Part shown: positions 12,393 through 24,680 of the stretch, in pieces | Numbering within the stretch: the first letter of the stretch is position 1 | How the letters are laid out: the number at the start of each line of letters is the position of its first letter | Source of the DNA: Mobula hypostoma | Lineage: Eukaryota | Length of the DNA: 64,000 nucleotides | Reading direction: 5' to 3' | Assembly: GCF_963921235.1 (NCBI RefSeq) | Contig: NC_086109.1 | Location: 8,310,001-8,374,000, forward strand | Notes under the pieces: model-generated | Databases searched by the model: none | What the model was told of the DNA's origin: nothing | What the model saw: the letters and a program-made list of their open reading frames with translations, nothing else | Program-made: the position numbers and the translations under genes

Positions 12393-14084
12393 TAGTTAAT
12401 ATCATCTCTGTCCATGCACTTAACCTCAACGAGCCTTCTTCCCCCTTTCAGTTTCTGAGTGTTCTCATTTCAAACTTTTTTTTGTTCTGCTTTTTATTTC
12501 AAGGGTTGCTGCATCTAAATGTTTTTTTTCCCCCTTCTACCACAGGAACGAAGCGTTTCAGATAAACGGTGTCACTTTTTCTCTCTCTCTCTCTGAAAAG
12601 ACGTACAAACTAGGGGTGCAACGACTATTGAATGTTTTTTTTAAAAAATCCATCAGTTGGACCAGTTCCATATGGTTTCCTGACTTATTGAGAAGCTGTA
12701 ACTTTATCCAGTGCATCCAGCTAAAGCGAGGCAAATACGTTAACACCATACTTTTTTTTCTTTTTCCAGATTGTTTTGTAATAAAGAAATAATAATCACA
12801 TTTGAGAATCAGAATCAGGTTTAATATCAGTGGCATATGTCGTGAAATTTGTGGCTTTGCAGCAACAGTACAATGCAATACATGATAAAACTATCAAATA
12901 TAGTAAATATATATGTAAAAATAAATACGTAGTGTAAAAAGAGCAAAAAAGGAAAAAGTGATGTTGTAGGTTTTTGCTTATTGAAACCCATAACTCATTT
13001 TATTGAACTCCATAACCTAAACACAAAAGTGCGCTAAAAATCCTTACATAGTAATGTCATCACATTAGACCAGCCTCTTAAAGCGAAACCCCAACTCATT
13101 GTCGGGTGTTGTGAATTATGTACATTTCTCCCAGTTACATTACCCTACAAGGTACTGCGCTTGGGTTCATTGTCCGTTCAGAAATCTGATGGCAGAGGGG
13201 AAGAAGCTGTTCCAGAATTATTGAGTGTGTACCTTCAGGCTCCTGTACCTCCTCCCTGATGGTAGCAACGAGAAGAGGGCAATTAGTTATTCAATAAATT
13301 GCACCAGCTTGATAGAACTTAGACCAGTACAGCACAGGAACAGGCCCTTCGGCCCTCAGTGTTGTGCTGACCCAATTACATTAGTAATCAAGAGGGCAAC
13401 TAAACTAACCCCTTCTCCCTACACAATGTCCATATCCTTCCATTTCCCTCACATACATTCATCTGCCTATCAAAACATCTCTTAAAAGTTCCTAATGTTT
13501 CTGCCTCTGCTCTACCCTTGGCAACACATTCCAGGCACCCACCACTCTTGCCCCTTACATTTCCTTTGAATGTACCCCCCTCACCTTTAAAACATGCCCT
13601 GTGGTGTTAGACATATATTATTTCACAGATCTTCCCTGACAGCAGGTTTAGTTAAAGCCTTATAAACTTGATACAGTGGATTGATTTTGAGGGATTCATT
13701 TTGGGCCACAGAAACAGAGGGGTGAATATTAAATTGGGCATGATCGAATGGCAGGACGGACTCGACGGGCAGGACGGCCTAATTCTGCTCCTGTGACTGA
13801 CGGTCGCAGTGTGTTCTGTGTCTGGCCCTCTTGTGTTATCAGGAACAAGACCATTCAACCCATTGAACCTACCTCCTCACTCGAGAGCAGGGGTTCACAA
13901 CCTCTTTTATGTCATGGACCCTTGCCGTTAACCGAGTGGTCCGTGGACCCCAGCTTGGGAATCTCTGCTCTAGGTCATCACCTCCTTTCCACTCCCCTGC
14001 CTAATTTCCACACCCTTGGATTCTCCCCCTTCTTCCCCATTCCATCAGTGACTTTCAAAACTCTTATTACTCACTTCATGCTCA

Positions 14085-14360
14085 TTCATTTATTTGGAAA
14101 TAGCATCGTAGAACAGACCCTTCTGGCCCAGTGAGCTGCGTGCCCAGCAACCCACCTATTTAACCCCAGCCTGGTCACAGGACAATTTACAGTGACAGTT
14201 ACCGGTGTGTCTTTGGACCGTGGGAGGAAATCGGAGCACCCATACGAAACCCACGTGGTCACGGGGAGGACGCACAAACTCCTTACGAGGAGCGCCGGAA
14301 TTAATCTCCGAGCTCCAACACGCCCAGCTTAAATAGCGTCACGCTAATGGCTATGCTGCC
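14085..14360 (-). mobile_element. V-SINE copy (others ~14925-15165 +, 21030-21320 -, 38755-39000 -, 52340-52620 -, 58185-58410 -, 61850-62125 -)
   Basis: Reverse complement of the 2502-2788 element (GTGGGAGGAAA..GGAGCACCC..GAAACCCAC). Confidence 0.75.
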
Positions 14361-15899
14361 ACGTCGAGCCTCCCAGTGACATTCACGTGGCATCCCGCTA
14401 CACCACCATGAGTACAATAATCTGCTGAAACGAGACTTATGCTACAGTATTTTATCTCCAATGTATTGTCCACATTGAGGACAATGGCAGTGTAACCGTT
14501 GCACACATAGTTAGAGCTGTTAGCCAGTGTTGTGGGAATTGGCCTAGTATCTTATTTAAATCATTTCAACCACAACATGTTACTGACGTCCCTGAAACGC
14601 ATCACGGTCACTCAGTGTAGAATACTATTCAGAACTTGTATAAGTACTATACTTCAGACAGTTTAAGCTCTGCTGAAGTTGATATCCACACAAAGCAATT
14701 CCCCTGAGTTCAAGTTCAAGTTTACTGTCATTCAACCGTACATATGTATACCATTAAACAAAACAATATTCCTCCGGACTGTGCACAATACAATGCATAT
14801 AACTCACACACAACACATAAAGTAATGTTACCATAAATAAATTAAATGATAAAGTTTCTCAGCATCAGAATCATACGGTGTGAAATTTGTTGTCTTTGCT
14901 GCAGCAGTTCACTGCAGTATATCGGGTTGTCACGGTAGCGTAGTGTTAGTGTTAACACAACGACCCGGGTTCAGTTCCCGTCCGCTGCCTGTAAGGAGTT
15001 TGTATGTTGTCACTGTCACCGCGTGGGTTTCCTCCCGCAGTCCGTTTGGAAGGTTAATTAGTAATTGTAAATTGTCCTGTGATTAGGCCAGGGTTACATC
15101 GGAGGATCGCAGCTCGAGGAGCTAGAAGGGCCTATTCCACGTTGTATCTCGATAAATAAACAAATAATGGGGTGTGAATTAGAGTAAATATTATATAAAA
15201 TAGTTAAATTAAATAAGTGGTGCAAAAATAGAATTCAGTAAGTAGTGAGGTAGTGTTCACAGGTTCAATGTCCATTCAGAAATGGAATGGCAGAGGGCAG
15301 GAGCTGTTCCTGAACACATTATGGGGTACAAAACAGTAGCACGCACCTCATCAAATCTAATTGGATTTAGCATTCAGGCTGATAAAGTGCTGGTGCTCTG
15401 AAGTCAAACTGTGTAGTAACTCAGAAAACCTGATGGCGACATAAAAATAACTAAGTGACAAGAATGGCTGTAGTTTTCTATTGCCGAGTTGGCAGGGTTA
15501 ACGGTTGTCCAGGTTCAACAGCCTGAAGCTTGTGGGAAAGGAGCTGTTTTCAAAACCTCGAGATCTGCCTTTTTAGTGCAACTCTGTCCTTGTGGAGTTC
15601 AGATTTTGGTGGAGATCAGGTCAGGGGACGTTGCCAAGTACAGGAATGTCACAATGTACCTTTGCAGACACCTGGTAGATTGTAAATTCTTTGTGTATTC
15701 ATACATTCTTTTGTAACTCAGCTGTGCCTGATTCTCTAAAATCTTGAACAGAGCAGACTTGATGGGCCGAATGGCCCAATTCTCCTTCTGTGTCTTATGG
15801 TCTCATACACAAAATGCTGTAGAAACTCGTGAGGTTTCTGAGCTTAAAACATCCACTCTTTATTCCCCTCACTGATATTGCCCGAGTTCCTCCAGCATC

Positions 15900-15901
<2 letters not shown>

Positions 15902-15936
<35 letters not shown>
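15902..15936. repeat. (TG)n microsatellite
   Basis: Perfect TG run that extends the TGTGTG end of a Penelope-derived fold-back copy. Confidence 0.9.
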
Positions 15937-15943
<7 letters not shown>

Positions 15944-17596
15944 TCCTCTAAATGTTTCTGAAAGAAACAAGCAATCAGCGTTTAATCAAAATTGCGCTGT
16001 TGCGTCACTGTCACATTGCTAATTCACTGACCCTTGGTGCCAGGGTAAAAGGGAGCTCAGTAATCATGTTTTACAAATCTCATTCTGTTGAGAACCCAGA
16101 ACTGATTGTGACATTCCTGTAGTCATGTGGTAGTGAAGGCTGATGAATAAATATTCAGAATTAAATTCCATTGTGCCTGCTCAAATATTCTTTGCACCTC
16201 TGGCAGATGAGTTTTATTGTCTATTAATGCAGCTTGAGCTCGCAGTGTAAATGTTCGAGTGTATGCCCAAGATTTTTTGAGGTTATAAGTGCGCAAGAAT
16301 TAGCTCCACCAGTAGAAATGGGGAACTCTAACACATGGCTCACCGGCATTTTTCTTGCAGTGGGAAATAAACTACTGATTGGGTTCTCGGCCCTTTTAAT
16401 CTTTTGGAAGCACCCAGCTGTAAATCGGATTCAAGAGGCTCTGGGTATCATCTGCAGCTTGCTGAAGGAGCTTAGCAGGTCAGACTGCATGTGTGGAGGG
16501 GAATAAACAGTCTGGGACCCTCAGCCTGAGATGTCGGCTGTTTATTCCCCTCCATAGATGCCGCCTGATCCACTGAGATCCCCCAGTATTTTTGTGTGTG
16601 TGGTGCTGTGGATTTCCAGAATCCCTCATGTTTATCGTTTGCAGTTGGTCCTGTAGTGTTTGCCAAATGATAGACACAGCCAAACAGCGTACTATTAACA
16701 CCAAATATCTACCGATCTACGAAGGGGATTTAAGAGCCAAATCTTCAAGTACAACTAATTGGTAACTGGGCACTTAAGTGGGGCAGAGAAATGTTTTGGA
16801 ATTTAAGGGTAGGGTTAGCTGCATAGTTGGACACAGTTGCAGTTCAGCACTGGGGTTGTGCAGCCTGCAACAAGTCGAAACAAAGGTCATTTCCTGAATT
16901 CTGTCCATGTCCAACTGCAAATATAGTCTGCGGTGGATGGGGAATTACTGTCCAGTCTTCCTGAACAGTGGCTCTAGACGCTACCAACTCCTCTGGGGAG
17001 AACTCCTGTTTGCAATCCGTGAGCAGCTAATTACTGAAAAACTGACCTTTTTTCAGGGGAAACTAATCTCTCTATTTCAGGAGAAGACTATGCCTGCAGA
17101 TCGTGTGTTATTTATGTCCAGTGACTGTGCTGTGTGTTGTTTCTGTGGAGACTGCAACTGTTTACTTTCTGTCGTCTTCCATTTGAGCTTTCAGCAGCTT
17201 TGCCTCAGGGCTGGCGAGCAGTCATGTTGTACGGAATTGTAAGACATAATTGTGTTTCCCTTCCTGCTTGGATCCCTGAGTCAGTAGAGCCTGCAGATGT
17301 GAAACTTGGGTGCACTTATTTATAAAAATAAGTAAGTTGTGCGGTCAGACGTTTTGCTTTGGAGATTAAAAGAAGTTTAATGGGATGGTGAAGTGTGGCA
17401 CTCTTGCACTTGTGTAGATTATTCCTACCCAGTAATGTCTGTCCTGACCGCATTATTGCCCAGACAGAGGAATTGGCTGCTATTTTAAACTCCACTCCAG
17501 AAGTTGTAAAATTACGAGGGGTATAGGTAGGGTAAATGCAAGCAGACTCCCCCCCCCCCCACTAGACTGGAACTAGAGGCCATAGTCAAAACAGTT

Positions 17597-17880
17597 AAAG
17601 TCTGTCCTGAGCCTTATAGGCTCATCAGGCCGGTGCTTATGCCAGTTTCCGTGGCGTGAAGCAACTGAGAGTACAAGACTCCCTCCCCAGATAGGACGCC
17701 AGTCTATCACGAGGTTAACCTCCAGCATTTTGCTGGTACTCATTTTCAGCTGGGTGGTCTGGAGCGTTGTGTGATTAAGTGCCTTGCTCAAGGACACAAC
17801 ACGCTGCCTCGGCTGGGGCTCGAACTCACGACCTTCAGATCGCTAGTCCAGCACCTTAGCCACTTGGCCACGCACCACAC
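17597..17880 (-). mobile_element. tRNA-derived SINE of a second family, inserted in a CR1 fragment
   Basis: Minus strand has A box TGGCCAAGTGG, B box GAGTTCGAGCC and body GTGTTGTGTCCTTGAGCAAGGCACTT; CR1-like sequence lies on both sides. Confidence 0.7.
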
Positions 17881-20800
17881 GTAGGCAAAGCAGGAAAGGT
17901 GAAACATTTTGAGGGCTAACTTCTCTGCTCAGAGTGTGATTTGAGCTGGATACAGGTTTGATTGCAACAGTTAAGAGAAGGTAATTGGATGGGAAGGGGT
18001 ATGGTCCAGGTGCAGGTCGATGGAACTAGGAAGTATAACATTTTGACGTGGACTAGATGGGCCGAAGGCTCCATGACTCTGAGTTTTTTGTATCGTATAA
18101 TCTATCACTTATGGGGCTGCTGCTAAACAATAGAGAAAGAGTGAGAGTTGAAGTAAGTGAGACTAAATTGAACCGGAAAGAAAAGTTCCAATTTTTCCTC
18201 ACCAGTACAATCTGGAAGCAGAGATCATCTAATAAAGAGAAGATCAGAGATTAGCTCTAATTTGTCGCCGGTACACAGAAACATACGAGGACACGCGTTG
18301 TTTGCATTAACGGCCAGAACAGTCTGAGGCTGTGCTGTGGCCATGCTTCCAGTGTTAGAGCAGCTTGCCCACAACCCGTCCACCTCTGAAATGTGGGAGG
18401 ACGCCCAGGCAGTCAAGGCGAGGTCATGCAAACTCCTTGCGTTCAACAGTGGGAAGTGAACCTGTCAGTTGAGACAACATAACTGTCCAAAGGGGGACCT
18501 GGACTGAGAAAGGAAAATTTGACAAGGTAAAGCAGACAATTAAATGACTCTAACCCCCAAATGGCCTCATTTATTTATTTAGAGAAACAGCAGAGGAACA
18601 GGCCCTTCTGGCCCACCCAATTACCCATGTGACCAATCTTTGGAATGTGGGAGGAAACCAGAGCACCTGGAGGAAACCCGCATGACCACTGGAGAATGTG
18701 CAAACTCCTTCGAGACAGCAGGAGGAATTGAAGCCAAGACGCTCTCCACTGTGTGACCTTGCTGTACAAAGCCAATCTTGAAATGTCCCTGAGTGCCTAC
18801 TTTTTGTCCTTTACAGTCCAGATGTGCACTTGGGTACCTGGGTGGGAAATATTATTGTATTTCAGAAACTTTGGTTTTAGATAAAGGGCAGAAAATTTAT
18901 ATTTTCTTAGAAATGTCAGTGGTCACCAGTAAATTAGGGTTTCCCACCTCCTTGTGACAGTGCCCCATCCCCACAGCAGAATGGACTCTGACCCCAGCGA
19001 GACTTCAGCTAACTGTTACAGAGAGGGGAATGCCTCAAGTCATCTTTTTTTTGAACAGAGCAGGGGATCTGAGAGGAACTTGCGAGATAACTAGTCAAAA
19101 AGTGAGGTGCCATGGAATCCGGAACCCATCCCATTGCTGTTGGATCATAATCAGGTTTAAATATCACTGGCATATGCTGTGACACGTGGTATTTTGTGAC
19201 AGCAGCGCATGGCAACACATAGTAATTTTTAAGAACTATAAACTACAATAAGAAATATAAATAAAAAGAATTAAATAGGCAATGCAAAAAGAGAAGAAAA
19301 AACAGTTGTGAAGTAGTGTACATAGTTCATTGTCCATTCTGAAATCTGATGGCAGAGGGGAAGAGTTCAATTTCTCCGCAATCTTTTTTACTGCATCAAA
19401 ACCCTTTGGTTGGAAAATTAATTAGTCTACCTGTTTGCCATAAGGAATTTAATTCCTAAAATCAATTGATTTCCTTCCGTGTAATCATCTTCTGGGTAAA
19501 TAAATACTTCTGCCAACATGCCTTATCGACTAATCTTACCTTTCTTTTTAAAAACAAAATTCCGGTCTATAGGAGTGCCTTAACTCACCTGTCATATCTC
19601 CAGCCCTGTCAGTTGAAGCAAGGTGGCAGCATTAAAGCGCAGTAATTGTATTAGACCGCCAGTCTATTTTGTTCCCATCACCAGTTGACAAATCTGCATC
19701 GAAAGAAAGTCATTGTGTCTTTGTGTGCATCTCTCCCTACGTCACAGGAGGACAAACAGCTGCCTGACGTATCCTGGTGCCTTTTTGTTGGGGGGGTGTG
19801 GACAAAAAGGGGGTGAAATTCAGAGCGAATCCCAAATCTCTAAAAATCAAAACCATGTTGCTAATTTAAGATTTTAAGCTATGCACAGTGTTAAACTGAA
19901 GTGAAATCCCCAGGTAAGTTTGTTCCTTAATCTAACAGGAAAAAAAATGCAAAAAAAAATCTTTACAAAAGCACTTTTCCCTAAGAATGCAATAACTGGA
20001 CTGATTGGGCAACCGTTTGCCACTAACAGTTATTCTATCTAGTACACAGGGTAACGATTGCAAATTTGTTTTACTGGTCTGTACTTAGAATACCTGTACC
20101 TTGATTTTATCCTCCCCATTCCCCTCAGTTATTCTAATGGTGTTTAGCTTGCAGAGTGTGTTAGCCTGGTCTGGGGTTTCTATTTTTCCATCCGGACAAG
20201 GAATAAAGGAAGAAGGTATCGGGAAGATGGGCCTGTGGCGGTGGGGTGACCGAGCCACGGGCCTGTTGTGGGACGTGGAACCGTCAGGTGAAACCTGTCC
20301 CTTAAGATTTGCTTCGATCTCAGCAGTATGCAGCTCTACCCTTTGTGTGCGTGTGTGTGTGTGTTGCAAAGTGGAATATTGGGCCTATACTCAAATGTTT
20401 ACACACATTACCTTTTTTTGCTCTACTTGCATGTTCGTGCGCTGCTCTCTGTGCACCGTATGTTCAGCTTAACCTGCTGATTTTTTTGTTATCGAAGCAC
20501 CACCATACCAATATAATGACTCCCAGCATGGTGGCTGTGTAACGCGATTCTGTCGTGTGGTATTCATTGTTGGGATTGTGCTCATTTCTTTTGTCTTTGT
20601 TCGTCACTGTTACGTTTACTTTTCCTTTACCTATTGGTGTAGAAGGCAGTGCCCAACAAGACCAGTTTGGTCTATTCTGTTTGTATCTTTACAGTAATCC
20701 ATCATTTGAAACTGGTTGGAGTTGTCAGTGGACCCCTTTGAAACTTGCAGCTCACTCATAGCATTAGTACCTCTGTCTGCTCATTGTGGAATCCCATACC

Positions 20801-22315
20801 TGAACCGTGTGTCGAGGGGTATCTCATTGTTTTATGATGTCCGATGTTTCTGGTGTTACCTTTCTGCCGTTCTGTACAAACTCGGCCCTATGTCATGACT
20901 AATCCCTGTTGACTACTCTTAAACACAACGGAACATGGGACAGTGATGATTAATCAAATAAGTACCTGTTTCAGCTGGACCTTGTCACTCCACCGAGTCC
21001 ACCATAAAAGATGTGGGTTTTCCAGAATTCCGTTTTGGATACAGTGCAGAACAAGCCCTTCCAGCCCAACGAGCCGCACCACCCAGCAACCCACCGATTT
21101 TAAGCCTAACCTAACCAGGGGACAATTTACAATGACCAATTAACCTACTAACCGGTGCACCTTTGGACTGTGGGAGGAAACCCGAGCACCCGCAGGAAAC
21201 CCCCAGGCACGCAAGAAGAACGTGCCAACTTGCTTGCATACGGACGCCAGAATTGAACTCTGAACTCTTGACGTCCTGAGCTGTAATTGCGTCATGTTGA
21301 CCGCCATGCTACTGTGGCGCCCATTTCCATCGATAACCTGGTGACTGATTAACGCCACTGTTCGAAGGGAGTGGTGTGTCCTAAGCACAGACCCTTAGCT
21401 CTGTTCACACAGCCCCTTGGAACTGTGTGATATTGTTTGGAAGGGGAAATTGGCAATACTTTTTTCAAGAAAGTGCTCACATTTGCTTAGCCAGTGTTGC
21501 TTTTTCCAACAAAATTACTTAACCCTATCTCCTCCCCCACTGGGGCAGAAGCCACCACCTGTCGCTTGCCAGAATCCCTCTGTCCTGGGCCAGTCTTTCA
21601 AGTTGTCCCCAGGTGCAGCCCATCTTCAAAGATCCCTCTTCTCCCAGGGATGAGGTCTATGGAGCTGCTGATGGCGTCTCTGTAGCTCTGGGTTTTTATG
21701 GGATGTGGTAGTTAACCCCATGCCCAGCCCTCCTGTTTCGCAGCCGAGCCTGGAACTGTCCGTGGCAGAGTTAAATTTATTTATGGAGTTATTGATTTTC
21801 TCTACAGTAATACATTTTAGAGTCTTGTTACTTTTTGACCATTCATTCCTGTTCATACAATCTCATTATTCCAAAGACCACTAACTAATTGGACTTCATC
21901 ATAAGAAATCTCCACTTTCCCTGTTGGTGACACCCATGATGTTCTCATCTTCCCACCACTGTCAAGACCTTTCCTTCAAATATTGTAGTTACCAGAAACG
22001 TTATCATCACTTTACCATAAATAATCAGATTTTGCTTAAAAAACCAATTTGTTACCATTTAAATCAGGCATTGAGTCTCCATATAAGTGCTGTATCTTTA
22101 TTCGGAATTTTCGGTTGAACAACTAATTTTAATTTTTCTCCATTTGTCATAGTTGCATTTCCAGTGTTGTGTTAATTTATATTACAGCCTCCACCGCACC
22201 CAGCCCTGACCACAATCTCGACAATATGTACGATCTCCATTCTCACTGCACGCTTCCCCTCGGCCGGGTCAGACGCCTCTCTAACTTGTCTGCTTTTGGC
22301 TCCTCTGCTCCACAG

Positions 22316-22630
22316 ATCAAAGTGGTGAATGCATTCCGTAGTTCCTTGTACGAGGGGATAGAGAAGCCGGAATCCCGCAGCTCCATCCACAACTTCATGA
22401 CCCACCCTGAATTCGGAATGGAAGACGACGAGCCTCGGATTCCCCTGATTGACGAGACGGACGTCGAAATTAATGGACTAACCATCTGCGGAGCTCCCAG
22501 CTCACCCCGTTCACCCAACAAGAACAACAATGCTGTTGACAGTGGGATCAGCCTCCCTCTCTCAGACGTTAACAAGTTCGCCTCCTCTACTCCGGGAAGC
22601 CCTCTACACAGTCTTGAGACATCTGTTTGA
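22316..22630 (+). CDS. ATP2B4: PMCA4 terminal coding exon (b-type tail): [33 protein letters not shown]...[10 protein letters not shown]
   Basis: Acceptor ccacag|ATC; C-half of the CaM-binding domain; C-terminal PDZ ligand ETSV (PMCA4b type, versus ETSL in PMCA1-3b); TGA at 22628-22630. Confidence 0.96.
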   Translation: MKVVNAFRSSLYEGIEKPESRSSIHNFMTHPEFGMEDDEPRIPLIDETDVEINGLTICGAPSSPRSPNKNNNAVDSGISLPLSDVNKFASSTPGSPLHSLETSV

Positions 22631-24212
22631 CCGTCCCTCATCCTCCCTGTGTTCCGACCTTTACACCTGCTGCTTTCACACTATTTCCACTTGTCTTGCA
22701 GGAAGTTTAAAACAAAAAAAAAATTGTATTTTAGTTGGCAAATAGTCTGTGGGGTGGGGGGGGTGTTGGTGGGGGAGAGAACCCTCAGCTCCTAAAATGT
22801 CTCGTGCGGTGGGGGAAGAGGAAATGTTACCGGCAATTGTGCCATTTAATCTCAAAACGCCTTCTGAGGTTGTAAAGCAGACCAGAATGCTAATAGGTAA
22901 ATCTAATTTGGTGTAATTTATATTAAGGCTTTTACTCTTCCTGTCATCAGCACCAGCAATTTACAAGACTTCAGGTTTTGTTGAAGTTGGAAACGCCATA
23001 GATTTCATTGAAAGTGACCCACAATCCCTTGTCCTGGCTCACAATGCCATAAAGCGGTGCAGTTTGTCCAACTCGATTATCATAATCAGATCAACATTTT
23101 ATTGAAGTGTATACGAGGCAAAAGTCTCTTAAATTGCAGTTTCCTGTTCATAATGTCACCCTCACGCTAAGAATCCTGTTGGCCTGTGGCAAGGTGTTTG
23201 CAATCAACTTCCAAACAAGCCAGCTGGTCAGATCCAAAGTGGCGGACCTGACGGGAGACTTCCTCCAGGCCCTTCCAGAGCGCCAAGGTTAGCGGCGTTC
23301 TGGGTGGAAAGGAAGGGACGGTGTTTCAGGTGGGGTTTGGGGATGGTGTCCATTGGCATCCAGAGGGGGGAATAACAACTCCTAGCTGTCGCTGAGCGGT
23401 CATGGCAAACGCACGCTGAACTGTTTAATTTCCCGGCCCCAAGTCCAAGAATGACGCTCTGATCAAGTGCTCAACAACAAGTCCTTCCAGACCTGAAACT
23501 GCTGGCTGTGATAAAGAGCCACATCCTGAGAAATCAAGAACAGCCTCACACCAGATTTCCCTATCTTGCCCAAATTCAATGCAGTTGCATAATCGAGATT
23601 AAAACAAATAAATGGTGAGAATTTGATTTGGATTACAGCTTTCCAGCAGCTTATTTGCCACTTTATTTTCAAAGTTTATTGTAGGCAGTGTAATTCAGAA
23701 AGCCATTCTCTCCTTGGAGTTTCTCAGGGCTGCTTGTAACTAAACATATACATGGCTTCATTGGAAAGGAAATCTCATAGCCTAACTCCTTGGAAAGCAG
23801 AGCACCATTTTAAGTGGCATTACGTGTGAGTATTTCGTGCGCGCAATTGGACGTAGCAGCATACACCACTTGTATCCAGATGAGCTTACCCCGTGTTCTG
23901 CATCTGAGCCTGGTCAGGATTTTGTCCCATGGGTTGGTGGCTTCTTAATCTTTTGAAGTCAGTGATGCTTAGCCAGTGTCACAGCATCTTGTTGCCAAGT
24001 CAGCACAGTGGGCATCAAAAATTCAGGGAATTTTCAGGAAGGTGACCTCGCAAAACCGGTTATACAGCCACAAGCTGGTTTCATTGTGAGTAACTGGTAG
24101 CACTAAACAGTTGATAGGATTGCCCCCACCCCCCAATTCAATATTCAGGTATTGTCAACAAAACTCTTGATTGTAAGAGTACGGTTTTCTGCCATTTCGT
24201 CATGTGCTCAGT

Positions 24213-24680
24213 GAGCTCCGGGGTTCCCTGCAGCTCTTGTCCACCAGAAATATCGTCAACATGAGCTCCGGGGTTCCCTGGAGTACTTCAAAAACACAAA
24301 AAAAATCCACAGATGCCGGAAATCCAAAGCAACACACACGAAATGCTGGTGGAACTCAGCAGGTCAGGCAGCATCTAAGGAAAAGAGTAAACAGTCAAAG
24401 TTTTGGTCCAATATGGGAGGATTCCTGAAGCAGGGTCCTGGCCCAAAATATTGACTGTTGACTCTTCCATAGGTGCTGCCTGGCCTGCTGAGTTCTTCCA
24501 GCATTTTGTGTGTGTTGTCCTGAAGTATTTGTCCAACCAGAAATCCCGTCAACATGAGCTCCAGCTGAGCTTAGAGGTTCCCAGAAGTCCTTGTCCACCA
24601 TAAATCCCGTCAACATGAGGTCAGCTGAACTCGAGTTCCCTGAAGTCCTTCTCCACTATAAATACCGTCAGCATGAGGTC
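24213..24680. repeat. degenerate ~50-60-bp tandem repeat (4-5 units) interrupted by a Penelope-derived insert
   Basis: Recurring GTTCCC(T/A)G.AG...TT(G/C)TCCAC(C/T)A.AAAT..CGTCA(A/G)CATGAG units. Confidence 0.8.
24289..24518 (+). mobile_element. Penelope-derived fold-back insertion with TSD
   Basis: Inverted arms of ~90 bp (CAACACACACGAAATGCTGG...CAGTCAA / TTGACTG...CCAGCATTTTGTGTGTGTTG). The TSD is CCTGGAGTACTT (24277-24288) / CCTGAAGTATTT (24519-24530). Confidence 0.8.

Noticed and set aside
17605..17650. CTGATGAGCC-tataa-GGCTC on the minus strand as a hammerhead
   Set aside because: No GAAA follows the putative helix II; it is the hairpin tail of a SINE.
17790..17880. tRNA gene (also the heads of the V-SINE copies)
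   Set aside because: The A/B boxes continue into SINE bodies and no complete cloverleaf could be drawn.
24213..24680. CRISPR-like repeat/spacer appearance
   Set aside because: These are degenerate tandem units without unique spacers, in a vertebrate locus with no cas genes.
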